DNA of 64,000 nt from Octopus bimaculoides (GCF_001194135.2 NC_068982.1:86846985-86910984); one strand, 5' to 3'. Numbered from the stretch's first letter, positions 1 through 11,990 are shown. The notes: generated from the sequence alone by a model not told the origin. A program made the numbers and translations.

Positions 1-131
1 CAGGATCATTTTTTATCTTTTATCTCTTACTTCTTTCACTCAATAGTCTGCGGCCATGGTGGGGCACCACCTTAAAGAACTTTTAGTCGAAGGAATCAGC
101 CCCAATACTTTTTGGGGAGGGTGGGGGTACA

Positions 132-1260
132 TGACGGAAACATAACCCGACCCCTCCCCCATTTAAAAAAATCTGGGTTTTTTTTTTTTACGGAAACCCA
201 CGTTTTCGGCTATGGAGATTCCGATTCTGAAAAAAAAAAAAAAAAAAAAATTGGCAAAAATCGCAATTTCAACGCTCCCCACCCAATCCCCATTTCTTTA
301 TTTTTCACTTTTTCCAGAAATTTTTTGGGGCGAAATACGTTGAAAAATACAGAGATTATGATTCTGAGAAAAAAAAAAAAAACTTTGTAAAATTTCAATT
401 TTTCAAAAAAAAAAATTAATATTACCCCCAACTTCCCCCCCTTGCGATTCTACGACCTTCAAGCAGGCTACTCACATGCTAGAAATAACAGCCAAATCTC
501 AAACAAACTTTTTAGCACATAAGTACATACTTTGTATCAAATGCTTTGCTGTATCAGTCTTTGCCTTTCCCTTGGATAACATTGATGGCATGGAGAGGGT
601 AGGATGGTATGCATGGGTGACTGTCGGTCTTCCATGAACAAATTTGCCCGGACTTGTACCTTAGAGGGGAACGTTCTAGGTGCAATCTTATGGTCATTCA
701 TGACCAAAGGGAATTTTACTCACTTCCCCTAGTAACCATACTGGTTCTCTACAAAAACCTGCACTACTGCACCTCCTTCTCATAGATCATTCTCTTATCC
801 ACTGGACCCCACCCCACAGGATTTGTAGTTCAGCGAGGTACATGAATGTTAGATGTTGATGATGAGTTATATATTTTTTGTGGAAATGTTCCTGAATATA
901 ACAACACAAAAATAACCACTGCATAGTTAATGATGATGATAACGATGATAAAAGTGATGATGATGTTAACTACACTGTTGATGATGACAGTCAAGGCAAT
1001 GATGAACATGATTATAAGCAATTTAGAATTGTTTTGTATATATTTATATATATACATATATATACATGTGTGTCTGTGTGTGTAGATAATAGATTGATTA
1101 CATATTTCTTTCATAATTTCATCGCAGCATATATGTTGAAATTTTGAAGTTGAGATTTTGCCAAATTTTTTTTCCAGAATCAGAATCTCCATAGCTGAAA
1201 ACGTGGGTTTCCATAAAAAAAAAATTCAAGTGGGGGAGGGTTTGGGTTATGTCTCTGCCA
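132..1260. mobile_element. Foldback/MITE-like element with ~120-140 bp terminal inverted repeats (132-273 and 1144-1260), carrying a nested SINE fragment
   Basis: ACATAACCC...CCTCCCCCA...GGAAACCCACGTTTTCRGCTATGGAGATTCYGATTCTG...TTGGCAAAA at 132-273 is mirrored as its reverse complement at 1144-1260. No coding capacity. Confidence 0.6.
520..720 (+). mobile_element. SINE body fragment (same family as 24488-24800)
   Basis: GTATCAG.CTTTG.CTT.CCCTTGGATAACAT...TTGCCCGGACTTGT.CCTT.GAGGG...CTAGGTGCA.TC..ATGGTCATTCATGA is shared with 24645-24790. Confidence 0.7.
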
Positions 1261-1399
1261 TATGCGCCTTCTTTTTTAAGCCCAGTACTTCTTTTACTTA
1301 TTCTATTGCTCTCTTTTACCGAAGCGCTAAGTTATGGGGACATAAACACACCAGCACCAGTTGTCAAACGGTGGTGAGTGACAAACACAGACACACATG

Positions 1400-2348
1400 C
1401 GCATGCACACACTCACCCACACAATGCTATGCATCACTTGGAGGTGGATAGGACCCTGTATCTCTCGAAGATGATTGATGCTGACATCACTAGGAGAAGC
1501 ATCCAGAAAGTGGTCAGGAGCTGTGACAGGTGCCAGTCCATTGAGCCTGCTCCGTGTGGGCATGAGCAAGGAAACCTTTATGTGAAGCACAACTGGAAGA
1601 GACTAGCTGTGGATGTGACGCACTACCGTCAGAGAATGTATCTCTCCATGGTCGACTGCAGGCTGGGCCTGATAGCCATTTGGAGGGAGTTGAGGACGGG
1701 CATTGCTGACGAGATTTTTAGAGATATGGGATATTTTTAGAGAGGGGTCCCATGGAAGAACTGCTAATGGACAACAGGGCGGTGTTTCATTTGGAAGTGT
1801 TGAGGGATATGCTCGACCAGTGGAAAGTGCGACACTTGTTTAGAGCAGTGTATAGGCCAAGCGGTAATGGAATCGTAGAGAGGCACCATCAGACAATCAA
1901 GGCCATGGCAGAAAGAGGGCACATTTCGCTGCTGGAAGCAGTTTTCTGGTATAACATGTCTCCCCGATCCGGACAAGCTGAAGAATCTGTACCACACAGA
2001 GCAGTATTTAAATACGAATGGAGACATCCCAGTAAAGTGCCAGAGTTCCACGAGGAAGAGAAGGAACCCACCTGCATGAAAATAGGGGAGGAAGTTTGTA
2101 TTAAGCCACCGAAGGCACACTGTACGCCTCAATGGAGCAGAAGAATGGTGATGGTGGTCAGTTCCAGAAACAACGTCTCCGTGGATGGAATTCCACATCA
2201 TGTTTTGGACCTTCGCAGGATTGTTGTTTCATCGGATGATGATTGTGGAGAGGAGGAGAATAAGGTGCCTAGCTTGAGGAGATCTCGATGCGTAAGGTGC
2301 CGGTCTGGTTGGATGGTGGACTTCAATGTGGAGTGGGGAAGGATGTGA
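1400..2348 (+). mobile_element. Ty3/gypsy LTR-retrotransposon integrase fragment (HHCC zinc finger + rve core), disrupted
   Basis: ORFs 1378-1740 and 1752-2348 carry H..H...CDRC, WKRLAVDVTHY, LLMDN and RPSGNGIVERHHQTIK. A frameshift separates the two ORFs, and the 5' end abuts a SINE tail. Confidence 0.85.
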
Positions 2349-2580
2349 TCTTTAAGATCAGGTTGGTGTGTGGGATGACATCAGTGGCTGGGGAGCTGAC
2401 CGGAACTTGAGAAGAAGGAGGTGATGCACGCGCAAGTGGGGGATGATTGTGCTCTTTTTCAATCAGGGAAGCCATGAGTGCAGGATGTGTCAGTGCTTCG
2501 ACAAGGTGAGGGATAGCAGTTGCTATTTTTAGCGTTTCAGGATAGGCCATGTGGAAGGGTACATTACCACCTGACAGGTC
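2344..2580 (+). mobile_element. Probable 3' LTR of the gypsy element (3' boundary uncertain)
   Basis: A polypurine tract GGAGTGGGGAAGGA is immediately followed by TGT at 2344, right after the integrase ORF. Confidence 0.45.
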
Positions 2581-2989
2581 TGGGTCAACGAAGAGAAGGT
2601 AGGTGTCTTACTTCTAATCTCCCGCATTCACTACATATGTGTATATACTCTCTATGTATAAAAATATTTTATACACTTTATATTTTAAAAAATATGTCTT
2701 ATTTATTTATGCATGCTAACTACTAGTAATAAATTATTTTAATTTATTACCCTCATATTTACGGTAAGTATATATATATTTATAATTGCAGCGTGAAAGG
2801 TGTTTATAAGCCATTTAAGAAACACTCAAAAACCGTTAGATTCACTTCAACATTTAAATTTAATTTGTGTCAAAATATTTTCGTCGCTTTGAGACTGCGA
2901 CCTGTTCACTGACAAAATTCTGTGAGACCATTTTTTAAAATACTGATCATACTGATCATGGGAATAAAAACCTCATAGGTAATAATTAT

Positions 2990-3187
2990 TATTAAAATTA
3001 TAATTAAAGGTATCTAAGAGATACCACCATGCTAGATATTGCAGCCAAAACTTGACTCTAAAACCACATTAAATGTTCATACAACACCAGGTACTGTATG
3101 AACATTTAATGTGGTTTTAGAGTAAAGTTTTGGCTGCTATATCTAGCATGGTGGTATCTCTTAGACACCCTTAATTATTATTTTAAT

Positions 3188-3188
<1 letters not shown>
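2990..3188. repeat. Long near-perfect palindrome (~94-bp arms, 11-nt loop)
   Basis: Arm 2990-3083 is the reverse complement of 3095-3188 with few mismatches. Loop ACACCAGGTAC. Confidence 0.95.
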
Positions 3189-3239
<51 letters not shown>

Positions 3240-3539
3240 GTCATTGGCTGTCCATTGTAGTCAATGTTGATTGTTCTGTTCAGTTCTCTGAACAAAACAC
3301 CTTTGGATGGTGAGTAAGGCAGTTGGTATTCTCCTCCCACCAGACATCTTCTCTGGGCCACCACACCAAATACAATGTGATGTGCCTGGTCGACAATGCA
3401 GCTGCCTCAGTAGCAGCTCATTTGCTAGTTGACACCTGGTTGTTGTCTAATAGTATAGATCTTCTCCTTGGCTGCAATAACTTTCAACCCATTGCGCTAG
3501 GACTCCTCCTCCTTCACAAGACAAGACAATATATATATA

Positions 3540-4900
3540 TATTGTGCTCTTTAATAAAGGCTTGACATGGGTCAAGTAATTCAACCCCAAGGGTTCCTTT
3601 GATGTGGCAATGGGATTCTTCAACAGCGCTGACATTTGTGACCTCATTGGGCTATACATCTTGAACACCTTAGGGAAGAAGTTCTCTTCAATCATCTTCA
3701 GTCTCTACAGAGATGATGCCCTGGCAATCTCTAGATGAGCCAACGGCCACACCCTTCATAGACTTAGAAAGGACCTGACTTGTGCCTTAGGCTCCATGGA
3801 ACTCAAAATAACTATTGAGACCAACTTCACCATTGTAAACTTCCTAGACATCACACTAGACTTGCACTCCCACAAACCAAACACAAGGCTGTCCTACACC
3901 TGCCTATCATGTTCAGGAGCCTAGTGAAGGGTGTCAGCAAGTTGATCTTGAACCTGTCCTCAAATCTAGAAATTTTCAACATTGTGACTCCCTATTACAA
4001 TGAGGCTCTGGTGTCCAGTGGGTTTAAGGATCGCATCACCGATATGCTGGGCCCTAGCACCTGCAAAAAGAAGCACTGCCAGAACATTATTTGGTTTCCC
4101 TCACTCTTCTCACTCAACATTAAAACTTATGTGGGAAGGATATTTTTAGGTTAGTAGACAAGCACTTCACGTAGACACACAGGTATGGACATTTATTCAA
4201 TAGGCACAACCTTAGAGTCTCCTTTAGTTGTGCACTGAACATCAGAAGAATATTGGCAAATACCCATTAAACATGAACAAAGGCTGGTTGCTCATGCAAG
4301 AAGTACAATGACTGCCCAGTAGGTGGGGGGGAGGGGCAATGTGAGGCTGAGGGAGTTGTATATGAGGTTGTGGTGGTTTCCAGCCTTAGCAACCAGAGTA
4401 ATAGCAGTAGCAGCTCATCCAACATCAACAACAATGATGGCAACAGCGGAGGTGGCAGATGACAGCAATGACTGCAGCACCAACACCAGCATGATAGCCA
4501 GGGATGACTACTGCAACGGAAACAACTACAGAGATATTGCCAGACGCAAGCCCAATAATAACAGCATTGATGATAGCTCCAACAACAACAACAACAGCAG
4601 CAACTACAACTCCAGGCCTGGAGCCAACAGAAGATACAACAGAGGTATGAACACAACTTGCACTCAAATTCGGAGATATATTGGATTGGCTGGAACTGCC
4701 TTTAAGCAGCATATGTACAACCACAGGCCCTCTTTTAGGGTTCTGGAAAGACATTATGTGGTGCCTTAAGGATGAAGGAACTCCATACAAAATTAAATGG
4801 AGGATCAGAGAACAGTTGGAGTCCTATATAAACGGCAGTGGATGATGCATGTTTTGCATGACTTGCTGGACCTGAGATCTCTTAAACTCAAGACATGCGA
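3540..4900 (+). mobile_element. Degenerate Penelope-like retroelement (RT + C-terminal GIY-YIG endonuclease)
   Basis: Translates to FDVAMGFFNSADICDLIGLYIL, LYRDDAL, VNFLDITLDL, then CPVGG..QCEAEGVVYE and YIGLAGTAFKQHMYNH. Multiple stops and frameshifts. Confidence 0.75.
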
Positions 4901-5344
4901 TCTATAGCCCTTGCTCCTATTTCAAACACTACTAGCTGTGGGTATGGGATTCCCTGTTCATTGATTAGAGTGGGAGAAGTTCATGCAGACCAGAAACAGC
5001 CTAAGGACAGAAATTCCGTTTTCCTTTTAGATCCATGAGATTTGACAACCGGACCAGTCTAAGGGAAATAACTCGTCCAGTTTAAAGTTCAAACAGTGTA
5101 TATTATTCTTGGTTTACAAATTGACTGTAACAGTTTTCTACCTCCAGTTTGAAGAGAGGTTATATGCCCTCCACCATTACAGTCTGACGAGTTGTCTATA
5201 AAGCTAAGCGCTTCTTGGATGTGAAACCATTGTTCATTCCATGACTGGACATATATTTAACTGCATGTAAATATATTACTGCTCTATCCTTTAGAGTGAG
5301 CTTCTTTTTTGGATATATAATCCACTGACGATATATATATAATC

Positions 5345-5715
5345 TTTTACTTGTTTCAGTCATTGGACTGTGCCATACTGAGGCACCACTTTGAAGGGTT
5401 TAGTTTAACAAATATATGCTTATTTTAATGTTTAAGCCTGGTACTTATTCTATCAGTCTCTTTAGCTGAACCATTAAGTTATGGGGTTGTAAGTAAACCA
5501 ATAACTAGTTGCCAAATGGTATGGTGAACAAACACAAACATGAAAGTACACACACACAAACACGATGGTCTTCTTTTAGTTTTCATCTACCAAATCCATG
5601 CACAAGGATTTGGTCAGTTTGAGGTTATTGTAGAAGACATTTGCCCAAGGTGCCACATAGTGGGAGTGAACTTAGAACCATATGATTGGCAAGAAAATTT
5701 CTTACCACACAAGTA
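5345..5715 (-). mobile_element. tRNA-derived SINE (family A), reverse orientation
   Basis: Same body as the plus-strand copy at 37115-37460 and the reverse copies near 9855-10600, 11160-11405, 14180-14525 and 24215-24340. Confidence 0.7.
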
Positions 5716-7433
5716 TCTTCTACTATAGCCTTGGGCCAACAAATGTCTTGTGAGTGGATTTGATAGGTAGAACTGAAAGAACCTTTTATGTGTGCGTGTT
5801 TGTGCCTCCTTATCCTGAAATTATGTGATGGTTGTAAGCAAGTGTCATTATCAAACAAGTAGTGTCATCCATTTCCAGTTTTCCCTGGAAATATGTCTGG
5901 CCAAGGAAAAATATTACCTTGCTTAAAACAGTTGAGAGTTGGTGACAGGAAGAGCATTTGGACATAGAAAATGTACCTCATTAAATTCTCTCTGACTCAT
6001 GCAAGCATGGACATTAAAGCAATGATAATGATACACACACACAAATATCAGAGCATACAGAGTAAAGTCTTGATATACTAAAATTATCTCTGCTTCCAAA
6101 TGAAATGGAGAAATAATCTCAAACATCTAGAATTCTCTGAAATTTACATGTCATTATGGAAAACTACCTGACTGAAGACAAGAGGGCTGCTGAGACACGT
6201 TTCTGCCTCAATAATTACGAGCACATTTATGGTTTTGGTAATTTGCATAAATGAAACGAAAATGATGTAAGAGTATTTAGAGTGTTTTGTGGCAAATATT
6301 TAAACAAGAAAGAGGAATAAAGTGATATTAATTGATATATATATTATATATCATTGATTCATTAAAAAAAAAGCCTACTGACTGGTATGTCAATATTGGA
6401 ATTTTTTATTCTTGAGATTATCTCCCCTTCTCGTTGGAGTTAATTGCTATTAAATGGTTGGCCTGCCTTTACTGGAAGCGGAGACAGTTTCAATAAATCA
6501 AAAACTCACCTTGTATGTTATTTAATATAGCTTTATTCGTCTGTATTCAAATACATGTCGCTGGCCCTTGACTTAATTCTTTACATGTGTGTATGTAAAT
6601 ATATCGTAATATAGTATTGAAATATATATTATGTGTAATATATATATATATATATATATATATTACACATTATCTGATATAAAACATTGGGTAAGAGTGG
6701 ATAGATATGTTATTCTTTTCAAAAGTTGACTTAAGTTTCGCTAGAGGTTGGGATCTTCAAGACTGACATACACACACACACACACATATTTACATATACA
6801 CACACATATTTACACAAACAAACATACACATACATATTTACGTTTGTGCGCGTGTTTGTAATAAGATATACGTAAATATACACAAATACTACTTTTACGT
6901 CTTTGGGATAATATTTTACGGTTCGACTCCGAAAATATAATAGAATATGAAAGTCAGTTATTTTAATAGCCTAATGAATTACCTTCATAATGATTTATTT
7001 ATATCACGCTCACTGGCAATGACGTCAGCAGGGAAGCTCTTAGCGTGGGAACTATGCTGAAACTAGACCGTTGAACTAGTTAATATATCGCCGACTACAC
7101 TATTCTCTTGTGTGTGTGTGTTTTGTTTTTTCTCTATTGTAGAATGAGGGAGTGTCTAGAGTCATTCAACCTGCTAGAAATAGCAGCCAAATCTTCTTTA
7201 AATTACACTCTACCTTTTTATGAAAGATAGAACATATTGTTTAATGTAGTCTTATGTATAACTTAACTGTAAAAGAGATGGGATAGTCTTGGCTAGAGTA
7301 GCTTCGGTGTTAGGTTTGTTTAATAAAGCTAGTCTATACATCTCCATTAGAAGCTCTCTTGTAACAGTTATACTGACTAGCCTAAAAAAACGAATGAATA
7401 ATTTTGTCTTTATATATATATATATATATATAT

Positions 7434-8073
7434 NNNNNNNNNNNNNNNNNNNNNNNNNNNNNNNNNNNNNNNNNNNNNNNNNNNNNNNNNNNNNNNNNNN
7501 NNNNNNNNNNNNNNNNNNNNNNNNNNNNNNNNNNNNNNNNNNNNNNNNNNNNNNNNNNNNNNNNNNNNNNNNNNNNNNNNNNNNNNNNNNNNNNNNNNNN
7601 NNNNNNNNNNNNNNNNNNNNNNNNNNNNNNNNNNNNNNNNNNNNNNNNNNNNNNNNNNNNNNNNNNNNNNNNNNNNNNNNNNNNNNNNNNNNNNNNNNNN
7701 NNNNNNNNNNNNNNNNNNNNNNNNNNNNNNNNNNNNNNNNNNNNNNNNNNNNNNNNNNNNNNNNNNNNNNNNNNNNNNNNNNNNNNNNNNNNNNNNNNNN
7801 NNNNNNNNNNNNNNNNNNNNNNNNNNNNNNNNNNNNNNNNNNNNNNNNNNNNNNNNNNNNNNNNNNNNNNNNNNNNNNNNNNNNNNNNNNNNNNNNNNNN
7901 NNNNNNNNNNNNNNNNNNNNNNNNNNNNNNNNNNNNNNNNNNNNNNNNNNNNNNNNNNNNNNNNNNNNNNNNNNNNNNNNNNNNNNNNNNNNNNNNNNNN
8001 NNNNNNNNNNNNNNNNNNNNNNNNNNNNNNNNNNNNNNNNNNNNNNNNNNNNNNNNNNNNNNNNNNNNNNNNN
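7434..8073. other. Assembly gap (others at 10720-11061, 18125-18289, 25432-25893, 26265-26412, 27954-28053, 49848-50367)
   Basis: Runs of N, mostly bordered by (TA)n or other microsatellites. Confidence 0.99.
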
Positions 8074-8092
8074 GTATCTATGTGTGTAACAA

Positions 8093-8413
8093 TTTTAGAG
8101 TTCGGATTCTAGAGTTAGGGTTAGTTTTAGGGTTAGGGTTACGGTTACGGTTAACAGTCTAGTTAGGGTTAGGGTTAGGGGATTAATACGATATACACCG
8201 TTACAGCGCTAACTGTTTTCAACTGAATAGACGTCAGTGATTAGTAGAAATTATCGAAATAAGACAATTTTTTACATGAAATAAATTCGAATACAAAAAT
8301 TTTTTTCTGTTCTATAACACAAAATAAGTATACGAAGTTTGAAAGTCTTTCGGTACCAAAAACACTACATAAAACATAAATGAAAACTGGTGCCCCCGTT
8401 TTAAAATAGATCC
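8093..8413 (+). mobile_element. Interspersed repeat containing (TTAGGG)n, possibly a Helentron-associated non-autonomous element
   Basis: About 300 bp highly similar to the reverse complement of 25077-25400, including the TTAGGG array and the terminal GATCC. The family assignment is inference. Confidence 0.6.
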
Positions 8414-10211
8414 AAAAAAAGTCGTGTGCAGGAAGTGAGATACACATACATGTTTATATATATTATATATCCGTTCAGTACTCAGTACTGTCGTAGAGGT
8501 TGATATGCTTTATTTTGGTAGGGTCAGCCTTTTGCTACTCTGAGTTTCACCTGTTGACATACAGGATCTTTATATCGTACTATTGGTTGCAGTGTACTGG
8601 TACACAGCCCTCAAGGTTTCATTATATCGCCCCTATTACACATTTCAGTTTGGTATTTAATCTATCGTTTTATTTGTCTAGCCACTAATTTACAAGGCAT
8701 AGAAGACTACAACATACATAGAACCAATTTTTACAACTACTTACTTGGTCGAATTATATTTATCGACCTTTTATCTTTAACAGTGACGGTGGAGTGTTAC
8801 ACTTTTTAGTGGGTGGGAAAATGATATCTGATATTTCTTAGTTATAACACTTAACGTTTTGAGTTCACAGTCATCCTTTTGGGTCGATAAATTAAAATAC
8901 CAGTAAAGTACTGTGGCGGACTTCTAATACATCCTAGATGTAAATGAAATTAAATGGATGAGGTGGTAAACACCCACCACCCAGTACTGGGGTACTGCCG
9001 TCGAGGGTTTTAGTCTATCATATTGATGATTTTAGTACACATTTCACGGTGTGTGTGGTGTGCGTGCGCGCGTGCATACACAGCATAATATAACCTAAAA
9101 TATTTTTAAAGCTTTTAAATCACAGTTATTTTCTTTGTACTCAGTAACATTCATAGTTCTTTGATCATCATAAGAAAAGAGAAATGAGAGACTTTCTCTT
9201 CTACGGACTGGTTAAGGAACAGTGAAATATGTTAGGATAATCTCTTTTATTATTCTGTTTAAAGTTTCGCAGCAAAAGGCTTTGAAACTGTAGTTTAACA
9301 ATTGCTTTATATGTGTGTGTGTGTATATATATGAGTCCACTACATCTTATAGCAGGAACAGCTGTAAGCTGATGAAGTTCATTATTTGTTGTCTCATTCT
9401 CTCTCTCTCTCGTACACACACACACACACACACAAGACACATAAAATAGTTTATAAACAACATTTTAAAGCCTTTCACTGTGATATTTTAAGAAATGTGA
9501 ATAATGAAACAGAAAAGTAAAGGTGATTGTCCTAACCTGTTTGGCAGTTCACTGACAACTTAGTAGGAGAGAAGTAGACCTTCACTTCTCTTAAGATGTG
9601 ACCAAAGACATGTGACAAAAAAAACAAACAAACTATAATGTTGTTCTCATTTATATACCTAAGTTTGTCTCCTGGTGAAATGGTTTATCCATCAAATTTA
9701 GATTATGTATTTTTATACTTCAGACATAGTTATATGAATGATGATGTTTGTATCCGAACTGTGGAAACAGCTGTAGAAAAGAGTTAATGTATGACTCGTT
9801 CATGAAACTTGCTTTCTTATTATTCTCTCTCTCTCTCTTTTATTTTTTTTTGTTTTAGTCATTGGACTGCAGGTAATGCTGACGTACCGTCATGAAAGGT
9901 TTAATTGTAGAAATCGGTCAGTCTCTTTTACCGAACCGCTAAGTTTAGTGGATGTAAACTAACACCAGTTGTCAAGTAGTGAAGGGGTAAACACACACAC
10001 ACACATTTATAGGTGCTGCTTTGCATGCGGTCTGCTGCAGTATCCATAGTCTATTCTGTGAAATGACCTAATCTGAGCAAGGATGAAGATTAGGGTTCAA
10101 GATTTGGGTTTGTGCCCTAAAGCGGATATAGCCAGGTAAACCTCATGCTAAAGTCGCACCCTCTACACGCATACACACACATGACAGGTTTCCGCTGAGT
10201 TTCCGTCGACA

Positions 10212-10545
10212 CAGGAGTTCTCAACCATTTTTTATCCATGGACCCCTTTGATTACTGTTTTATTCTGGTGGACCTCCATAGTTTTATAGAAAATTCTTTC
10301 AAAATTTCTATTTTGTTTTTCACACATTAACTTGTGTTGGTTGATCTATGTAAAGTGTTAGAGAAAGAAACCTAATTGTTTCTTGCAATACATGTCAATA
10401 CATACATCAAAATCATTTTTTTTTTTTTTTGCAGAGGCCATTAGAATACTATTGCCGATCCCTCAGTTTAATATTTTGTTGCATGGACTTGAAAAATCTT
10501 ATATGGATCCTCAGGGGCCAAATGGACCCCGGTTGAGAACCACCG
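10212..10545. mobile_element. hAT(Charlie)-like MITE nested in a SINE
   Basis: TIRs CAGGAGTTCTCAACC and GGTTGAGAACCACCG. The SINE sequence TTTCCGTC..|..CAATTCTCTCACAAG continues across the insertion. The TSD is degenerate. Confidence 0.75.
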
Positions 10546-11061
10546 GTTTATACAATTCTCTCACAAGTCTTTAGTCGGCACGGGGCTTCTTTACAAAACC
10601 GTCATAGAGGAACTATTTTATTCTGATTGTGAGAAATTTCTATTTCAAATTAAAAAATAGTGTCCTAACAGATGACAAAACAGACATTAGCTAATTTTGT
10701 ATTTAACGGTCTTGTCGACNNNNNNNNNNNNNNNNNNNNNNNNNNNNNNNNNNNNNNNNNNNNNNNNNNNNNNNNNNNNNNNNNNNNNNNNNNNNNNNNN
10801 NNNNNNNNNNNNNNNNNNNNNNNNNNNNNNNNNNNNNNNNNNNNNNNNNNNNNNNNNNNNNNNNNNNNNNNNNNNNNNNNNNNNNNNNNNNNNNNNNNNN
10901 NNNNNNNNNNNNNNNNNNNNNNNNNNNNNNNNNNNNNNNNNNNNNNNNNNNNNNNNNNNNNNNNNNNNNNNNNNNNNNNNNNNNNNNNNNNNNNNNNNNN
11001 NNNNNNNNNNNNNNNNNNNNNNNNNNNNNNNNNNNNNNNNNNNNNNNNNNNNNNNNNNNNN

Positions 11062-11112
<51 letters not shown>

Positions 11113-11469
11113 TCTTTTATATGTTTCAACCTTGAGGTTGTGGCCATGCTTATTTCAATTATTAGACTGCAGCCATGCTGAAGCATGGTCTTCAGGAATT
11201 TTAGTTGAACTAATCAACCCCAGTTCTTATTTTCTTTAAGCCTGGTACTTATTCTATCAGTGTCTTAGGTCGAAACGCTAAGTTATGGGGATGTAAACAC
11301 ATCAGTACTGGTTGTCAAGCAGTGGTAGAGGGGACACACACACACACACTGCTTCTTTTAGTTTCCATGTACCAAATACACTCATAAGACTTTGGTTAGC
11401 CCAAGAAAGAAAATGAAACTTAATTTTAAATTAAGATTAAATCACAAGTTATATTCTTTCTTGAGAAAG

Positions 11470-11990
11470 TAATCATTGTGTTGTAAAAGGGAAAAGTTGT
11501 TCTCTTGTGATGTACACAACAGTTACTATCATATTTACGTTTTAATCTGCCAGCTTGTATTAAGACTAAATATGTAAATCATCGTTTCAGATCTCGCTGT
11601 ACACTATGGTTGGCAGACATAAATATTGATCAGCAAATAGTTTGTTTACTGAAATTATAATCAAAGCCAGTAGCTTGTTTAGGTCCAAAAGGTCTGGGAC
11701 TTCTGGCTGACGAAATACACGTCGAAACACTGATGTCTCGGAATCACTTGCATCATTGTCGTTGTAAAAGGGAGTTGTTCTGTGATGTACACACCAGTAA
11801 CTAGCATATTTGCACCCGAATCTGCTGGAACGTATTAAAAATAAACATGCAAATCATCGATTAACAGTGTCTGTTTACTTCGAAGTATCGCTGTTAAAAT
11901 TGACTTCCAAGGCATATATTAATATAAACAATCCCATTAAGCTAGCAGGCTGATCAATCGATTGATAAAAAGATGGATTTGCAGGAACAT
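11470..11990 (+). repeat. Diverged ~280-bp tandem dimer carrying a hammerhead motif
   Basis: ATCATTGT.GTTGTAAAAGGGA...TGTGATGTACACA...AAATCATCG occurs at 11472-11584 and again at 11752-11859. Confidence 0.8.
11701..11743 (+). ncRNA. Minimal type-I hammerhead ribozyme motif (stem II imperfect)
   Basis: TTCTGG-CTGACGA-aatacacgtc-GAAA-cactgatg-TC-TCGGAA. Core CUGANGA/GAAA/GUC is intact, stem I is 6 bp with 2 G-U, stem III is 3 bp, and the stem II closing pair is A.C. Confidence 0.55.

Noticed and set aside
1378-1740. Chimeric SINE-integrase gene
   Set aside because: The ORF start is a non-ATG codon inside a SINE (CA)n tail, and the integrase is frameshifted. This is a truncation junction, not a gene.
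7020-7027. Perfect CRE 22 kb upstream of Egr
   Set aside because: A lone 8-mer without supporting motif clustering cannot be distinguished from chance.
7289-8162. Long ORFs spanning N runs (also 10665-11239, 25358-25964, 49713-50462)
   Set aside because: Artefacts of translating assembly gaps.
8110-8180. True telomere or chromosome fusion site
   Set aside because: The array is short, degenerate and embedded in an interspersed repeat that recurs at 25.1-25.4 kb.
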